From positions 19,061 to 83,060 of the forward strand of contig JAQTXH010000002.1 in assembly GCA_028688905.1 (NCBI GenBank): 64,000 bases of DNA. Reading direction: 5' to 3'. Below are positions 41,472-50,750 of this stretch, piece after piece. Origin of the DNA: Acidiphilium sp. GTDB lineage: Bacteria > Pseudomonadota > Alphaproteobacteria > Acetobacterales > Acetobacteraceae. The position numbers were made by a program, and so were the translations under genes. Position 1 is the first letter of the stretch. Each line of letters opens with the position of its first letter. A model generated the notes under the pieces. That model searched no databases, was not told the origin of the DNA, and saw only the letters and a program-made list of their open reading frames with translations.

Positions 41472-43346
41472 ATGCTCGCACGACCCCGGCTGCGCGCGGC
41501 GATTCTCGGACTGGTCGTGCTCGGGTTGATCGTGGGGCTGCTCACCGATTTCCTGGGCTATCCGAAGGCGACCCTGGCCGCCTGGGTCGGCCCGGCCGCG
41601 ATTGTCGCGCTGGTGGTCGCGATCGATTTCATGGGTGGGTTGTGGCGCGGCACGCTCGGGGTCGATCTGATCGCCTTGCTCGCGATTGCCGCCTCGATCG
41701 CGCTGGGTCAGCATCTCGCCGGCATCATCATCGCCGCCATGGTCGCCGGCGGTGCGGCGCTCGAGGAATATGCCGGGGCGCGGGCGCGGCGCGAACTGGC
41801 CGCCCTGGTCTCGCGCACGCCGGTCACCGCGCATCGGACCAGCGATGGCACAATCGTCGATATCGCGATCGCCGAGGTTGCGATCGACGATCGGCTGATG
41901 ATCAAGCCCGGCGAGGTGGTGCCGGTCGATGGCGTGGTGGCGCAAGGGCCGGCCATTCTCGATGAATCCGCTTTGACCGGCGAGCCTTTGCCGGTCACCC
42001 GGAACGTCGATCAATCGGTGCGCAGCGGCGTGTTGAACGCCGGCGGGCCGTTCGTGCTGCGCGGCACAGCAACGGCGGAGCGCAGCACCTTCGCCGCCAT
42101 CGTGCGGCTGGTCCAGACCGCCGAGCGCGAGCGCCCGCCGATGGCGCGGCTGGCCGATCGCTGGGCGCTTGGGTTTCTGGTGGTCACCTTGGCATCGTGT
42201 GGCGCGGCCTGGGCATGGAGCGGCGATCCGGTGCGGGCGCTGGCCATTCTGGTGGTGGCGACCCCTTGCCCGCTCATTCTGGCAACCCCGGTCGCCCTGA
42301 TCTGCGGCATTTCCCGGGCCGCCGGGCGCGGGGTGATCATCAAGGGCGGTGGCGCGCTGGAGCGGTTGTCGCGTGCCAATGTCGCCCTGTTCGACAAAAC
42401 CGGCACGCTGACCACCGGATCGCCCCGCGTCACCGGCATCGAGGTGCTTGATGGGTTCACCGCCGATCAGGTGTTGCACGATGCGGCGTCGCTCGAACAA
42501 TTGTCGCAGCACGCGGTCGCGGTGGCGATCACGACGGCCGGTGCCACCGGCTTGGCGTTGACGATTCCCGCCGATGTCACGGAAAATCCGGGCAGCGGGC
42601 TGGCCGGCCTGATCGGCGGCCGGCGGGTGATGGTCGGCGGTGCCGGCCTGCTGACCGCCAGCGGCATCGCCCTGCCGAGCACCGGCACGGCGGCGACGAT
42701 GGCGCAATCCGCGGCGGCAGCGGCCTGGGTGGCGATCGATCGGCAGGTGGCCGGGGTGATCCTGCTGACCGATACCGAACGCCCCGAAGCCGTCGGGACA
42801 TTGCGTGCCTTGCGGTCAGCCGGGTTCAAGCGGCTGGTCATGCTCACCGGCGATCGCGCCGGCCCGGCCCAACTGATCGGCGATCATCTGGGACTCGATG
42901 CTGTGTTCGCCGCCCTGTCACCCGCCGATAAAATCGCCCGGGCGCGCGCCGAGCGGGCGCACGGCACCACGATGATGATCGGCGATGGCATCAACGATGC
43001 GCCGGCACTGGCGGCGGCCGACATCGGTGTCGCCATGGGCGCGCGCGGTGCGGCGGCAGCGGCCGAGGCCGCCGAAATTGTTCTGATGGTCGACCGGATC
43101 GACCGGATCGCCGAAGCCGTCGCCATCGCCCGCCGCGCCCGGCGCATCGCGCTGCAATCGATCACGGTGGGGATGGGATTGTCGTTCATCGCCATGGGAT
43201 TCGCGGCCCTTGGCGATCTGCCGCCGGTGATCGGTGCCCTGTTGCAGGAAGCGATCGACGTCGCGGTGATCCTCAACGCCTTGCGCGTCCTCGGTGGCGG
43301 CCCGGCCATCGCCAACATTGCGGAATCGGTGCCGGCGGGGAGGTGA
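41472..43346 (+). CDS. P1B-5-type heavy-metal ATPase without hemerythrin tail
   Basis: DESALTGE, ATPCPLILA, FDKTGTLT, MIGDGINDAPALA and last-TM QEAID. Confidence 0.9.
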   Translation: MLARPRLRAAILGLVVLGLIVGLLTDFLGYPKATLAAWVGPAAIVALVVAIDFMGGLWRGTLGVDLIALLAIAASIALGQHLAGIIIAAMVAGGAALEEYAGARARRELAALVSRTPVTAHRTSDGTIVDIAIAEVAIDDRLMIKPGEVVPVDGVVAQGPAILDESALTGEPLPVTRNVDQSVRSGVLNAGGPFVLRGTATAERSTFAAIVRLVQTAERERPPMARLADRWALGFLVVTLASCGAAWAWSGDPVRALAILVVATPCPLILATPVALICGISRAAGRGVIIKGGGALERLSRANVALFDKTGTLTTGSPRVTGIEVLDGFTADQVLHDAASLEQLSQHAVAVAITTAGATGLALTIPADVTENPGSGLAGLIGGRRVMVGGAGLLTASGIALPSTGTAATMAQSAAAAAWVAIDRQVAGVILLTDTERPEAVGTLRALRSAGFKRLVMLTGDRAGPAQLIGDHLGLDAVFAALSPADKIARARAERAHGTTMMIGDGINDAPALAAADIGVAMGARGAAAAAEAAEIVLMVDRIDRIAEAVAIARRARRIALQSITVGMGLSFIAMGFAALGDLPPVIGALLQEAIDVAVILNALRVLGGGPAIANIAESVPAGR

Positions 43347-43392
43347 GGGCCGGCACCGATCTCGGAAAAATCGGGATCAACACTAGTTCATA

Positions 43393-43566
43393 TCAATCGT
43401 CATCATCATCACCACGACCGTGCCAGTACCCGCCACCATGGGCAGGCGCACCATAATAGCCGCTACCGTACCCATAACCGGGGTAGTACACACAACCTCC
43501 AAGTGAAAAAACCAAAAAAGCCAGCGCAATTGTAACGAGAGTTGAGCGGATGATTGTCTTTGTCAT
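43393..43566 (-). CDS. 57-aa Gly/Tyr-rich lipoprotein with poly-Asp tail (absent from the ORF track)
   Basis: Manual translation: MTKTIIRSTLVTIALAFLVFSLGGC-VYYPGYGYGSGYYGAPAHGGGYWHGRGDDDDD. GGAG RBS 8 nt upstream; lipobox LGGC. Confidence 0.8.
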   Translation of the reverse strand: MTKTIIRSTLVTIALAFLVFSLGGCVYYPGYGYGSGYYGAPAHGGGYWHGRGDDDDD

Positions 43567-43632
43567 TGCTTTGACTCCAAACAGTCGATGTTGAGGTATG
43601 GAAAAGCCCAGACAGCAGCAGATCCCGTTGGT

Positions 43633-43920
43633 TCAATCATCATCGCCCCGGTCGTCATCGTCACCTTGGCCATTGCGGCCCCAATATCCCGGCGGGGGCG
43701 CATAATACCCTGGAGGCGGCGCGTAGTAGGCGGGCGGTGGTGGGGGTGCGTAATAGGGGGGTGGCGGCGGGGGTGCGTAATAAACCGGAGGAGGTGGGAC
43801 GAATCCAAATGAGATGATGGGTCCGCCATCGCCGTCATCACCATCCGCGTGGGCAAAATGGGTAAAACAAACGGTCACCCCGACGAGCACCAATGCTGTA
43901 ACAGCCGATTTTTTGATCAT
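43633..43920 (-). CDS. Secreted Pro/Tyr-rich (YYAPPP repeat) protein with poly-Asp ends
   Basis: Signal peptide ending AHA, DGDDGD, four YYAPPP units and GYWGRNGQGDDDDRGDDD; AAGGTG RBS. Confidence 0.82.
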   Translation of the reverse strand: MIKKSAVTALVLVGVTVCFTHFAHADGDDGDGGPIISFGFVPPPPVYYAPPPPPPYYAPPPPPAYYAPPPGYYAPPPGYWGRNGQGDDDDRGDDD

Positions 43921-44118
43921 GGATCACCTTAACTATCTTATGCTTCTACTCACCTTGTGCCCTCTACACCTGAAAACCGCGCTTTTCTGGGTCAAAAATG
44001 TGGCTTTTGGGTGCTAGGGCTGATTGTGCTGACAGTGATATTTGCGTGCTCGGTAAACTTGGAAAAATTCCTGATCGCGCGTTCGGTGTCCGCTCCGGTC
44101 AGGCGATTCCTGATCCGG

Positions 44119-44132
44119 TTGATCTTGATCAA
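44119..44132. promoter_or_regulatory. FNR/FixK box
   Basis: Perfect TTGAT-cttg-ATCAA, with TAGAAT (44156-44161) at class II spacing towards the DUF302 operon. Confidence 0.75.
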
Positions 44133-44294
44133 TGCCCTGCGGCCAAACATAGAGATAGAATTAACTTTCGTTTTCGGACGATGATTTTGATGATTTTGCG
44201 GAGTCGCGAGGCGAATGGGCACCGGCAGGGGGGTAGCGTTGTTTTTGGCGACAGAGGCGTTATGGAAGCTGGTATTTCTGAGGGAGGAAGCCTG

Positions 44295-44723
44295 ATGGCG
44301 CACTATGGTTTCAGCGTTCCGGTCAGCGGCGCGTTCGGCAGCGTCGTGGAGCGGGTCATTCAAGCGCTCAAGGGGGAAGGGTTCGGCATCCTGGCGACGA
44401 TCGATGTGGCAACGACCCTCAATGCCAAGCTGGGGCAGGAAATGCCGCCCTATCTTATCCTGGGGGCTTGCAATCCCGGCCTTGCTCATCAGGCTCTCGC
44501 CGCAGACCCTGATATCGGCCTGCTGCTGCCCTGCAATGTGGTAGTGCGCCAGACCCCGAACGGTGAGGTCATCGTTGGGTTCATGGACCCCGAGGCGGTT
44601 CTCGGACTGGTTGGCAGTCAACAGATCTCGATGATCGGGCGGCAGGTTCGGACCAAATTGGAGCATGTGCGCGATGCTTTGCGAACCGTGTCGGATCATC
44701 CGGTCGCGGGCGCGGGGCCGTGA
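44295..44723 (+). CDS. DUF302-family protein
   Basis: ALKGEGFGIL..ID....L..KLG....PYLILGACNP.LA..AL...PDIGLLLPCNVVVR. The ORF-track start 43998 is an upstream extension; ATG 44295 follows GGAGG. Confidence 0.9.
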   Translation: MAHYGFSVPVSGAFGSVVERVIQALKGEGFGILATIDVATTLNAKLGQEMPPYLILGACNPGLAHQALAADPDIGLLLPCNVVVRQTPNGEVIVGFMDPEAVLGLVGSQQISMIGRQVRTKLEHVRDALRTVSDHPVAGAGP

Positions 44724-44962
44724 TGTGGTCCGGTGGTTGGTGGGGGCCAAGCCCCTGGTTTGGAGGGATGAGCATGTTGATCGTTCCGCTTCTGGTTCTG
44801 GGCGTCGTTCTATGGTTGATCTTTCGCGCCGGCGACAGAATGCCCGTCGGACATTCCGGCCCGTCGAAGCCGGAAACCGCACGGGAGGTGCTGGACCGGC
44901 GCTATGCCGCGGGCGAGATCAATCGTGAAGACTATCAGCGGATGAAACAGGATCTCGCGTAG
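44720..44962 (+). CDS. Small membrane protein with SHOCT domain
   Basis: Single TM, then ETAREVLDRRYAAGEINREDYQRMKQDL. Confidence 0.88.
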   Translation: MMWSGGWWGPSPWFGGMSMLIVPLLVLGVVLWLIFRAGDRMPVGHSGPSKPETAREVLDRRYAAGEINREDYQRMKQDLA

Positions 44963-44965
44963 TCC

Positions 44966-45598
44966 ATGCCACAGCCGCCTGACCGGATGCTGGATTTCCC
45001 GCGAAACGGCGTCGCCACGCGTGATCGCAATCACGCCCGCAGGGGTGGCATAAGGGGTCTCGCGCTTATCCTGCTTGGGTCTGCGGTTCTTGAACCGATG
45101 GCAATTGCCGCGACGATAACGAACAAGAATCCCAAGACCGGTCTCGATACCTGGAAAAACCAGAAAGGCGGATTCAGTCTGTCACTTCAGCAACTGACGC
45201 CGAATAATGTGCGGGCGATGTATGAAGCCATGGGAGCGAAGCCCGTGGTGGTGAACCGTATTGCGGCCTACTGCGTTTTTGGCACGGAAGCGCAGAACCA
45301 GTCGCACCGGCCGGTCCGTTACGATGTTTCGACTTGGCGCGCCGTTACCGCCGATGGGAAGCTCCATCATTTGCGGAGCAAGACCGGCTGGCAGAAGATT
45401 TGGAAAACCGATGGTGTCGATTACGGATTTTCGATCCTGCCCGCACAGCAGACATTCCAGCCAGGCGATTGGGGCGAAGGCTTCACCACGGTCAAACTAC
45501 CGCACGGCACGAAGTTCACCCTGGTGTATCATTGGAGTGAAGGCGGTAAAATCCGAACCGGAGCGTTGACGAATGTCCGATGCGCCGCTGATCGTTGA
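44966..45598 (+). CDS. Hypothetical exported protein with two cysteines
   Basis: Hydrophobic signal LALILLGSAVLEPMAIA; Cys only in AYCVF and VRCAA; overlaps the tlpA start. Confidence 0.7.
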   Translation: MPQPPDRMLDFPRNGVATRDRNHARRGGIRGLALILLGSAVLEPMAIAATITNKNPKTGLDTWKNQKGGFSLSLQQLTPNNVRAMYEAMGAKPVVVNRIAAYCVFGTEAQNQSHRPVRYDVSTWRAVTADGKLHHLRSKTGWQKIWKTDGVDYGFSILPAQQTFQPGDWGEGFTTVKLPHGTKFTLVYHWSEGGKIRTGALTNVRCAADR

Positions 45599-46151
45599 AC
45601 CCAGGTTTCGCGCCCGGCGGCAGGTACTGGCGATACTCGGCAGCGTAGGCGCAGGTTTGGCGATGGCGCGATCCGCGCGCGCCGGCACGAACCCTTTCGA
45701 TGCGCCGCTCACCCGGTTGACGCCGCGCCCGCCCGCGCCCGATTTCATGCTCGCCAGCGTGGCCGGACCCGTTGTTTCGCTCGCGCAGTTCCGCGGCAAA
45801 GTGGTTCTGGTCAATTTCTGGGCGACCTGGTGCCCGCCATGCCGCGCCGAGATGCCCTCGATCGAGCATCTGTATCAGGCGCTGAAGGGGAAGGGTTTCG
45901 AGGTTCTGGCACTTGATCAGGGTGAGACCCAGAGTGCCGTCTTCGCCTCTCTCGGGCAAATCAGCCCGACGCCGTCATTTCCGGTTCTTCTCGACCATGA
46001 CAGCAAAGTCGCCCACGCGTTCCACGTGGCCGGTATTCCGACCACGTTCCTGGTCGATAAGACGGGGCATATCGCCTACAAAGCGATTGGTGGGCGCGAT
46101 TATGCGACGCCGGCGATGCGCAAGATTATTCTGGATTTGGTGAACCGATAG
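45573..46151 (+). CDS. TlpA/ResA-like periplasmic thioredoxin, Tat-like signal
   Basis: RRQVL signal, APDF, VVLVNFWATWCPPCRAEMP and IPTTFLVDK.G. Confidence 0.93.
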   Translation: MSDAPLIVEPRFRARRQVLAILGSVGAGLAMARSARAGTNPFDAPLTRLTPRPPAPDFMLASVAGPVVSLAQFRGKVVLVNFWATWCPPCRAEMPSIEHLYQALKGKGFEVLALDQGETQSAVFASLGQISPTPSFPVLLDHDSKVAHAFHVAGIPTTFLVDKTGHIAYKAIGGRDYATPAMRKIILDLVNR

Positions 46152-46165
46152 CTAATCCGGCTAGA

Positions 46166-46228
46166 GCAATGAAATTGCTTGCGAAAATAGAGATAGAGCC
46201 TGTTCGTCCTCAAACGATCAGGCTCTAT
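46166..46228. repeat. Composite palindromic intergenic element (TAGAG...CTCTA family)
   Basis: AGCAAT-gaa-ATTGCT followed by ATAGAGCCTG (46193-46202)...CAGGCTCTAT (46219-46228). Confidence 0.75.
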
Positions 46229-46335
46229 GCCATTTTTTAAACACGATCGCCTGTCACTCCCTTGAAGTGTGATCGAGGATTGGTCCAATCCTGTGGCCGT
46301 CATCCCGGATCTTTCAAACAATGGAACATCGTTAA

Positions 46336-46581
46336 ATGAAATTACGGACTTTTGTTCTCCCGCTGACCCTTGCGGGCATGGCTCTCGGTCTTTCCGGCTG
46401 CGGCTATACGCCGGGTAGCCGCGCGCTTTCGGGTGGCGCAATCGGTGCCGGCACCGGGGCTATCATTGGCGCGGCCACCGGCACCGGCCCGGCCGGCGGT
46501 GCCTTGATCGGCGGTGCGATCGGCGCGATCGGCGGTGCCATCACCAATCCACGGACCATCAATCTCGGCCACGCGCTCTGA
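46336..46581 (+). CDS. Glycine-zipper lipoprotein
   Basis: Lipobox LSGC; GGAIGAGTGAIIGAATG and GALIGGAIGAIGGA. Confidence 0.88.
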   Translation: MKLRTFVLPLTLAGMALGLSGCGYTPGSRALSGGAIGAGTGAIIGAATGTGPAGGALIGGAIGAIGGAITNPRTINLGHAL

Positions 46582-46609
46582 ACCTTGCGCCGTGCCGCCA
46601 TGAAGCCTG

Positions 46610-46659
46610 ACCTGATCGCGGGGCGATAACACCGCGATCAGGTGCCCAGAGTGTGATTC
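46610..46659. repeat. 12-bp stem-loop plus half copy of the TAGAGTGTGATTC element
   Basis: ACCTGATCGCGG/CCGCGATCAGGT (46610-46643); AGAGTGTGATTC (46648-46659) is identical to 49213-49224. Confidence 0.6.
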
Positions 46660-46747
46660 CCATGTGCCGTGAAGGTGAGATTTCCCTACTCTATCGAGGC
46701 TCCCTTGCCATGTGATATGCTTGACTTAAATCTGTAGGAGATCAGAT

Positions 46748-47536
46748 GTGTCAGCCACGAGGCGCAACAATGTCCAGATGACAGGAGCCGGTGATAAAGC
46801 CATCGTCTTCGCGCATGGCTTTGGATGCGATCAGAATATGTGGCGTCTTGTCGCGCCGGCATTCGAGGCTGATTTCAGAATTGTCCTGTTCGACCATGTT
46901 GGAGCAGGGCAGTCGGATCTCTCGGCCTACCAGCTGGAAAAATATCAAAAGCTCGACGGTTACGCCGACGATGTCGTAGAAATCGGGCGCGAACTCGGCC
47001 TGGAGAACGCAATCTTCGTGGGCCATTCGGTCAGTGCCATGATCGGGGTAATGGCCTCCCTCAAATCTCCGGAGCTGTTTGAAAGCCTGGTCCTCGTCGG
47101 GCCATCGCCCCGATACATTGACGATGGCGATTATATCGGCGGTTTCACCGCGCTGCAGATCGATGAACTCCTGGCGTTTCTCAACGACAATTACATGGGG
47201 TGGTCGGCCGCCATGGCTCCGGCAATCATGGGTAACCCCAATCGTCCGGAACTCGGCGAGGAACTCGTCAACAGCTTTTGCCGAACCGACCCAGAGATTG
47301 CCAAGGCTTTTGCGCGAACCACATTCACAGCGGACAATCGGGCCGATCTCGCCAAGGTTGCGTTGCGGACGTTGATCCTGCAATGCAGCGAGGACATCAT
47401 CGCACCCACGCAGGTTGGCGAGTATGTCCATCGACATATGCCGGGGAGCGAACTGGTGTATTTGCGGGCGACCGGGCATTGCCCCAATCTGAGCGCGCCC
47501 GAAGAGACCATTGCTGCCATTCGGGCCTTCGTCTGA
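46748..47536 (+). CDS. rsbQ: RsbQ-like alpha/beta hydrolase (KAI2/D14 homolog family)
   Basis: RRNNV...FAHGFGCDQNMWR, VGHSVSAMIG, GPSPRYIDD, SFCRTDP and ATGHCPNLSAP. Confidence 0.92.
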   Translation: MSATRRNNVQMTGAGDKAIVFAHGFGCDQNMWRLVAPAFEADFRIVLFDHVGAGQSDLSAYQLEKYQKLDGYADDVVEIGRELGLENAIFVGHSVSAMIGVMASLKSPELFESLVLVGPSPRYIDDGDYIGGFTALQIDELLAFLNDNYMGWSAAMAPAIMGNPNRPELGEELVNSFCRTDPEIAKAFARTTFTADNRADLAKVALRTLILQCSEDIIAPTQVGEYVHRHMPGSELVYLRATGHCPNLSAPEETIAAIRAFV

Positions 47537-47543
47537 TGCGACC

Positions 47544-49193
47544 TTGAGTGAACGCGACCCCGTAGCAAGCGAAGACTTCGAGGATCTCTACGAGAACGCA
47601 CCCTGCGGCTATTTATTGATCTACCCGGACGGTCGTATCTGCAAAGCCAATACTACATTCGCGACGTGGCTGGAATTTACGCCCGAACAACTCGTCAGGA
47701 AACGGCTACATGAACTGCTCAACATAGCCGGGCGGATATTTTACGAAACCCACTTCGCGCCGTTACTGCGCATGCAGGGCTTTTTTAACGAGGTTGCCCT
47801 TGATTTCGTGACACAAAGCGGTGGCCTGCTCCCGGTGCTGGTCAACGCGACCGAGCGCCGCGGCACCGACGAACGGGTGCTATTTACCCGCCTGACCGTT
47901 TTCAACGCCACGGACCGACGGCGCTATGAGCGCGAGTTGGTGGCGGCACGGACTGCGGCGGAGGTAGCGAACAAGCAATTACAGGAACTGAATGACAGCT
48001 TGGCGACGCAGATCACCGCCGCCATCACCGAGCGCCTGAAGGCGGAGGATACGCTGCGGCAATCGCAGAAGATGGAAGCCCTGGGTCAGCTTACCGGCGG
48101 CATTGCGCACGACTTCAACAATCTTCTGACCGGGATCATCGGGTCCATCGATATCGTGCGGAGACGTCTGGCATCCGAACGAATAGCCGACATTCCTCGC
48201 TTCATGGACATCGCATCGACGTCTGCGCATCGTGCGGCTGTCCTGACGCATCGGTTGCTGGCATTCGCACGTCGGCAATCGCTCGATACGAGGTCGAACG
48301 ACGTGAACCGGCTTGTCGCGAGCATGGAGGACCTGCTCAAAAGGACTTTTGGGAAAGATGTGGAATTGCAAACTGTGCTCGCGAATGACCTCTGGCCTGC
48401 TCTGACCGATGCCAACCAGTTCGAGAATGCGATCCTGAATCTCGCCATCAACGCCCGCGACGCTATGCCGGACGGCGGCAAGCTGACGATCGAAACGGTG
48501 AATACCCGACTTGATGCCGACTACGTACGGCGGAACGGCGACGTCGAGAGTGGCGATTATGTCGAGATCAGCGTTTCGGATACCGGCAAAGGTATGCCGC
48601 CCGACGTTGTGGCCAGGGCATGCGACCCTTTTTTCACGACCAAGCCGATTGGCCAGGGCACGGGACTTGGCCTTTCGATGATCTACGGCTTTGCTAAGCA
48701 AAGCCGGGGACATCTGCGCATTTACAGTGAGGTAGGGCAGGGAACGACTGTCAAACTCTACCTGGCCCGCGCAATGACAGACGTCGCCGAGTCCTTGGTC
48801 CAAGTCGACGTCGCGACGCCGCGTGGTCATGGCGAAGCCATCCTGGTTGTCGAAGACGACGCAACAGTGCGTTTACTGATTGTTTCAGCGCTCGAAGACC
48901 TCGGCTACGAGCACCTTGAAGCGGCGGACGCCGGCACGGCGATGGCTATTCTGCAGAGTCATCGCCGGATTGACCTGCTTATTACGGATGTCAGCTTGCC
49001 GGTTACGAATGGGCACCAGCTTGCAAAATTTGCTCGCGAAATCCGCCCCGATCTGAAAGTGTTGTTTGTCACTGGTTATGCCGAAACTGCGGCGGTTCGC
49101 GGCGGCTTCCTTGCTGGAGGCATGGAAATGCTGACAAAGCCCTTCGCGCTGGATGCGCTCGGCACCAAAATTCAGGAGATGATCAAGCGCTAA
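47544..49193 (+). CDS. Soluble hybrid histidine kinase: RsbP-like PAS + HisKA + HATPase + REC
   Basis: FEDLYENAPCGY, GRIFYETHFAPLL, GGIAHDFNNLL, NLAINARDAMPDGG, FFTTKPIGQGTGLGL and a REC domain; probable TTG start 47544. Confidence 0.92.
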   Translation: MSERDPVASEDFEDLYENAPCGYLLIYPDGRICKANTTFATWLEFTPEQLVRKRLHELLNIAGRIFYETHFAPLLRMQGFFNEVALDFVTQSGGLLPVLVNATERRGTDERVLFTRLTVFNATDRRRYERELVAARTAAEVANKQLQELNDSLATQITAAITERLKAEDTLRQSQKMEALGQLTGGIAHDFNNLLTGIIGSIDIVRRRLASERIADIPRFMDIASTSAHRAAVLTHRLLAFARRQSLDTRSNDVNRLVASMEDLLKRTFGKDVELQTVLANDLWPALTDANQFENAILNLAINARDAMPDGGKLTIETVNTRLDADYVRRNGDVESGDYVEISVSDTGKGMPPDVVARACDPFFTTKPIGQGTGLGLSMIYGFAKQSRGHLRIYSEVGQGTTVKLYLARAMTDVAESLVQVDVATPRGHGEAILVVEDDATVRLLIVSALEDLGYEHLEAADAGTAMAILQSHRRIDLLITDVSLPVTNGHQLAKFAREIRPDLKVLFVTGYAETAAVRGGFLAGGMEMLTKPFALDALGTKIQEMIKR

Positions 49194-49206
49194 CCGTACC
49201 TTGGCA

Positions 49207-49252
49207 GCCTTTAGAGTGTGATTCACGGCTCCGGCGATCACACTCTAAAGGC
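49207..49252. repeat. Perfect 16-bp palindromic element between convergent genes
   Basis: GCCTTTAGAGTGTGAT-N14-ATCACACTCTAAAGGC; it contains the TAG stop of the mscS-like gene and a GANTC site. Confidence 0.85.
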
Positions 49253-50750
49253 CGAAGATATCTCGCATCCGGCTGGCGAGCCGATCGGCCAGATGATTAC
49301 CGTGGCTGTCGTGGACAGCGTGTTGTTCAAGGAGTTTCTTGCCCATGGCTTCGCGCCGCGCCAGGATATGGCCGAGTTCGGCGGTGATGGCCGGCCTTTC
49401 CTTAAGAATCGGAGCCAGATCGTCCTTCGCGATTTCGTAAACGACTGCCTTGGTTAACGCTTTGACCCTGAATGTCGTCGAGGCACCGGTTAGGACGCCA
49501 GCCTCACCGAAACAGTCTCCCGGACCGAGCCGGACGACTTCACCTTCCTCTGCCCCGCCATCCTGCAATGCAACCAGCACGCCGGTCGTCAGTATCGACA
49601 GTTGTTGGGCCACGGTCCCGGGTTCGGCGACAACTTCACCGGCTTTGTAGATATGTCGCATTAGTTTTGGAGCCAGGGCGATGCGTTCATCGTCGGAGAG
49701 TGGACCGAAGATGGGCAGGTTTTCGAGTAGCCGCCGCGGCATGTCCCTGGGGTCCTGCCGGATGGTGCGTGGTGGCAGGGCGATGGGACTTTCCGGAGGG
49801 GGAGCGAGACGGATACCCGCTGCCGCGCAATGACGATGCACGAGATCGAAGAGTTCGTTCTGAGCTTCGGGGCCATTTTCAACAGCAGACACGAAAAACT
49901 GCAATTCGCACTCCAAGGCCACGGCGTCGAGCGTCCTAATCGCTACAGTCGGTGCCGGAGTGCGGAGGATTCGATTGCAGCTCAACAACGCCGTTTCCAG
50001 CACGGCGCACTCGTGCGACGGTGCCATCAACGGTTCGAGCCTGATAACGATCGTGAGGCCGTGCGCCTTTGTCGGATGACTCGCATTGACGAGCTTGCCC
50101 TTGGCGATGAGGCTGTTTGGGATGGTGGCAAGGTCATTGCTCAAGGTGAGGATTTGTGTCGCACGCCAGGTGGTTTCGATGACTCGCCCCTGAAGGCCGT
50201 CGCCAAATATCACCCAATCGCCGACATAATACGGCTTGGCGATATTGAGGACGATACCTGAGAAGACATCGCCCAATGTGCTTTGCAGGGCGAGGCCGAG
50301 AACGATGGCGATGACGCCCGATGCTGCGAGCAGTCCGCGAATAGGGACATTGAAAACGTATGAGATGATCGCGAGGACGGCGGTGATATAAACGGCACCG
50401 GCGACGATGTCCTGCACGAACCGCGTTTCCCGGAGATGTTTCTTGAAGAGTGCGTGAAAGAGGTCAACAACCAGCCATGAAGCCGCAAGCCACCAAACGA
50501 TTTTGAAAACGCTGATGACGACAAATTGGACGGTTCCATCGATGGCTGGGGTCGGCTCCGATGGGATCACCTTGGCGACCAAAAGCATGATGGAGAAACC
50601 GGCGAAGGCGGCAACCTGACCGATAAACCGTCCGACTGGGCGGTTGCGAAAGAGAAACGGCGTTGCCAGGACTCCCGCGACGAGGAAAGCTCCTGCGAGG
50701 ATCAACGGGTTGGGAAGCCGTGAGATCAAATGCGAGAGATCGTTGGTCAT
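49245..50750 (-). CDS. MscS-family channel with C-terminal cNMP-binding domain (bCNG-like)
   Basis: LGLALQSTLGDVFSGI...PY.VGDWV...GRVIETTWRAT, then LPIFGPLSDDER...RLGPGDCFGEAGVLTG. Confidence 0.9.
   Translation of the reverse strand: MTNDLSHLISRLPNPLILAGAFLVAGVLATPFLFRNRPVGRFIGQVAAFAGFSIMLLVAKVIPSEPTPAIDGTVQFVVISVFKIVWWLAASWLVVDLFHALFKKHLRETRFVQDIVAGAVYITAVLAIISYVFNVPIRGLLAASGVIAIVLGLALQSTLGDVFSGIVLNIAKPYYVGDWVIFGDGLQGRVIETTWRATQILTLSNDLATIPNSLIAKGKLVNASHPTKAHGLTIVIRLEPLMAPSHECAVLETALLSCNRILRTPAPTVAIRTLDAVALECELQFFVSAVENGPEAQNELFDLVHRHCAAAGIRLAPPPESPIALPPRTIRQDPRDMPRRLLENLPIFGPLSDDERIALAPKLMRHIYKAGEVVAEPGTVAQQLSILTTGVLVALQDGGAEEGEVVRLGPGDCFGEAGVLTGASTTFRVKALTKAVVYEIAKDDLAPILKERPAITAELGHILARREAMGKKLLEQHAVHDSHGNHLADRLASRMRDIFGL

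Noticed and set aside
43998-44294. N-terminal extension of the DUF302 ORF
   Set aside because: The region is AT-rich, contains the FNR box and -10, and a strong RBS precedes ATG 44295.
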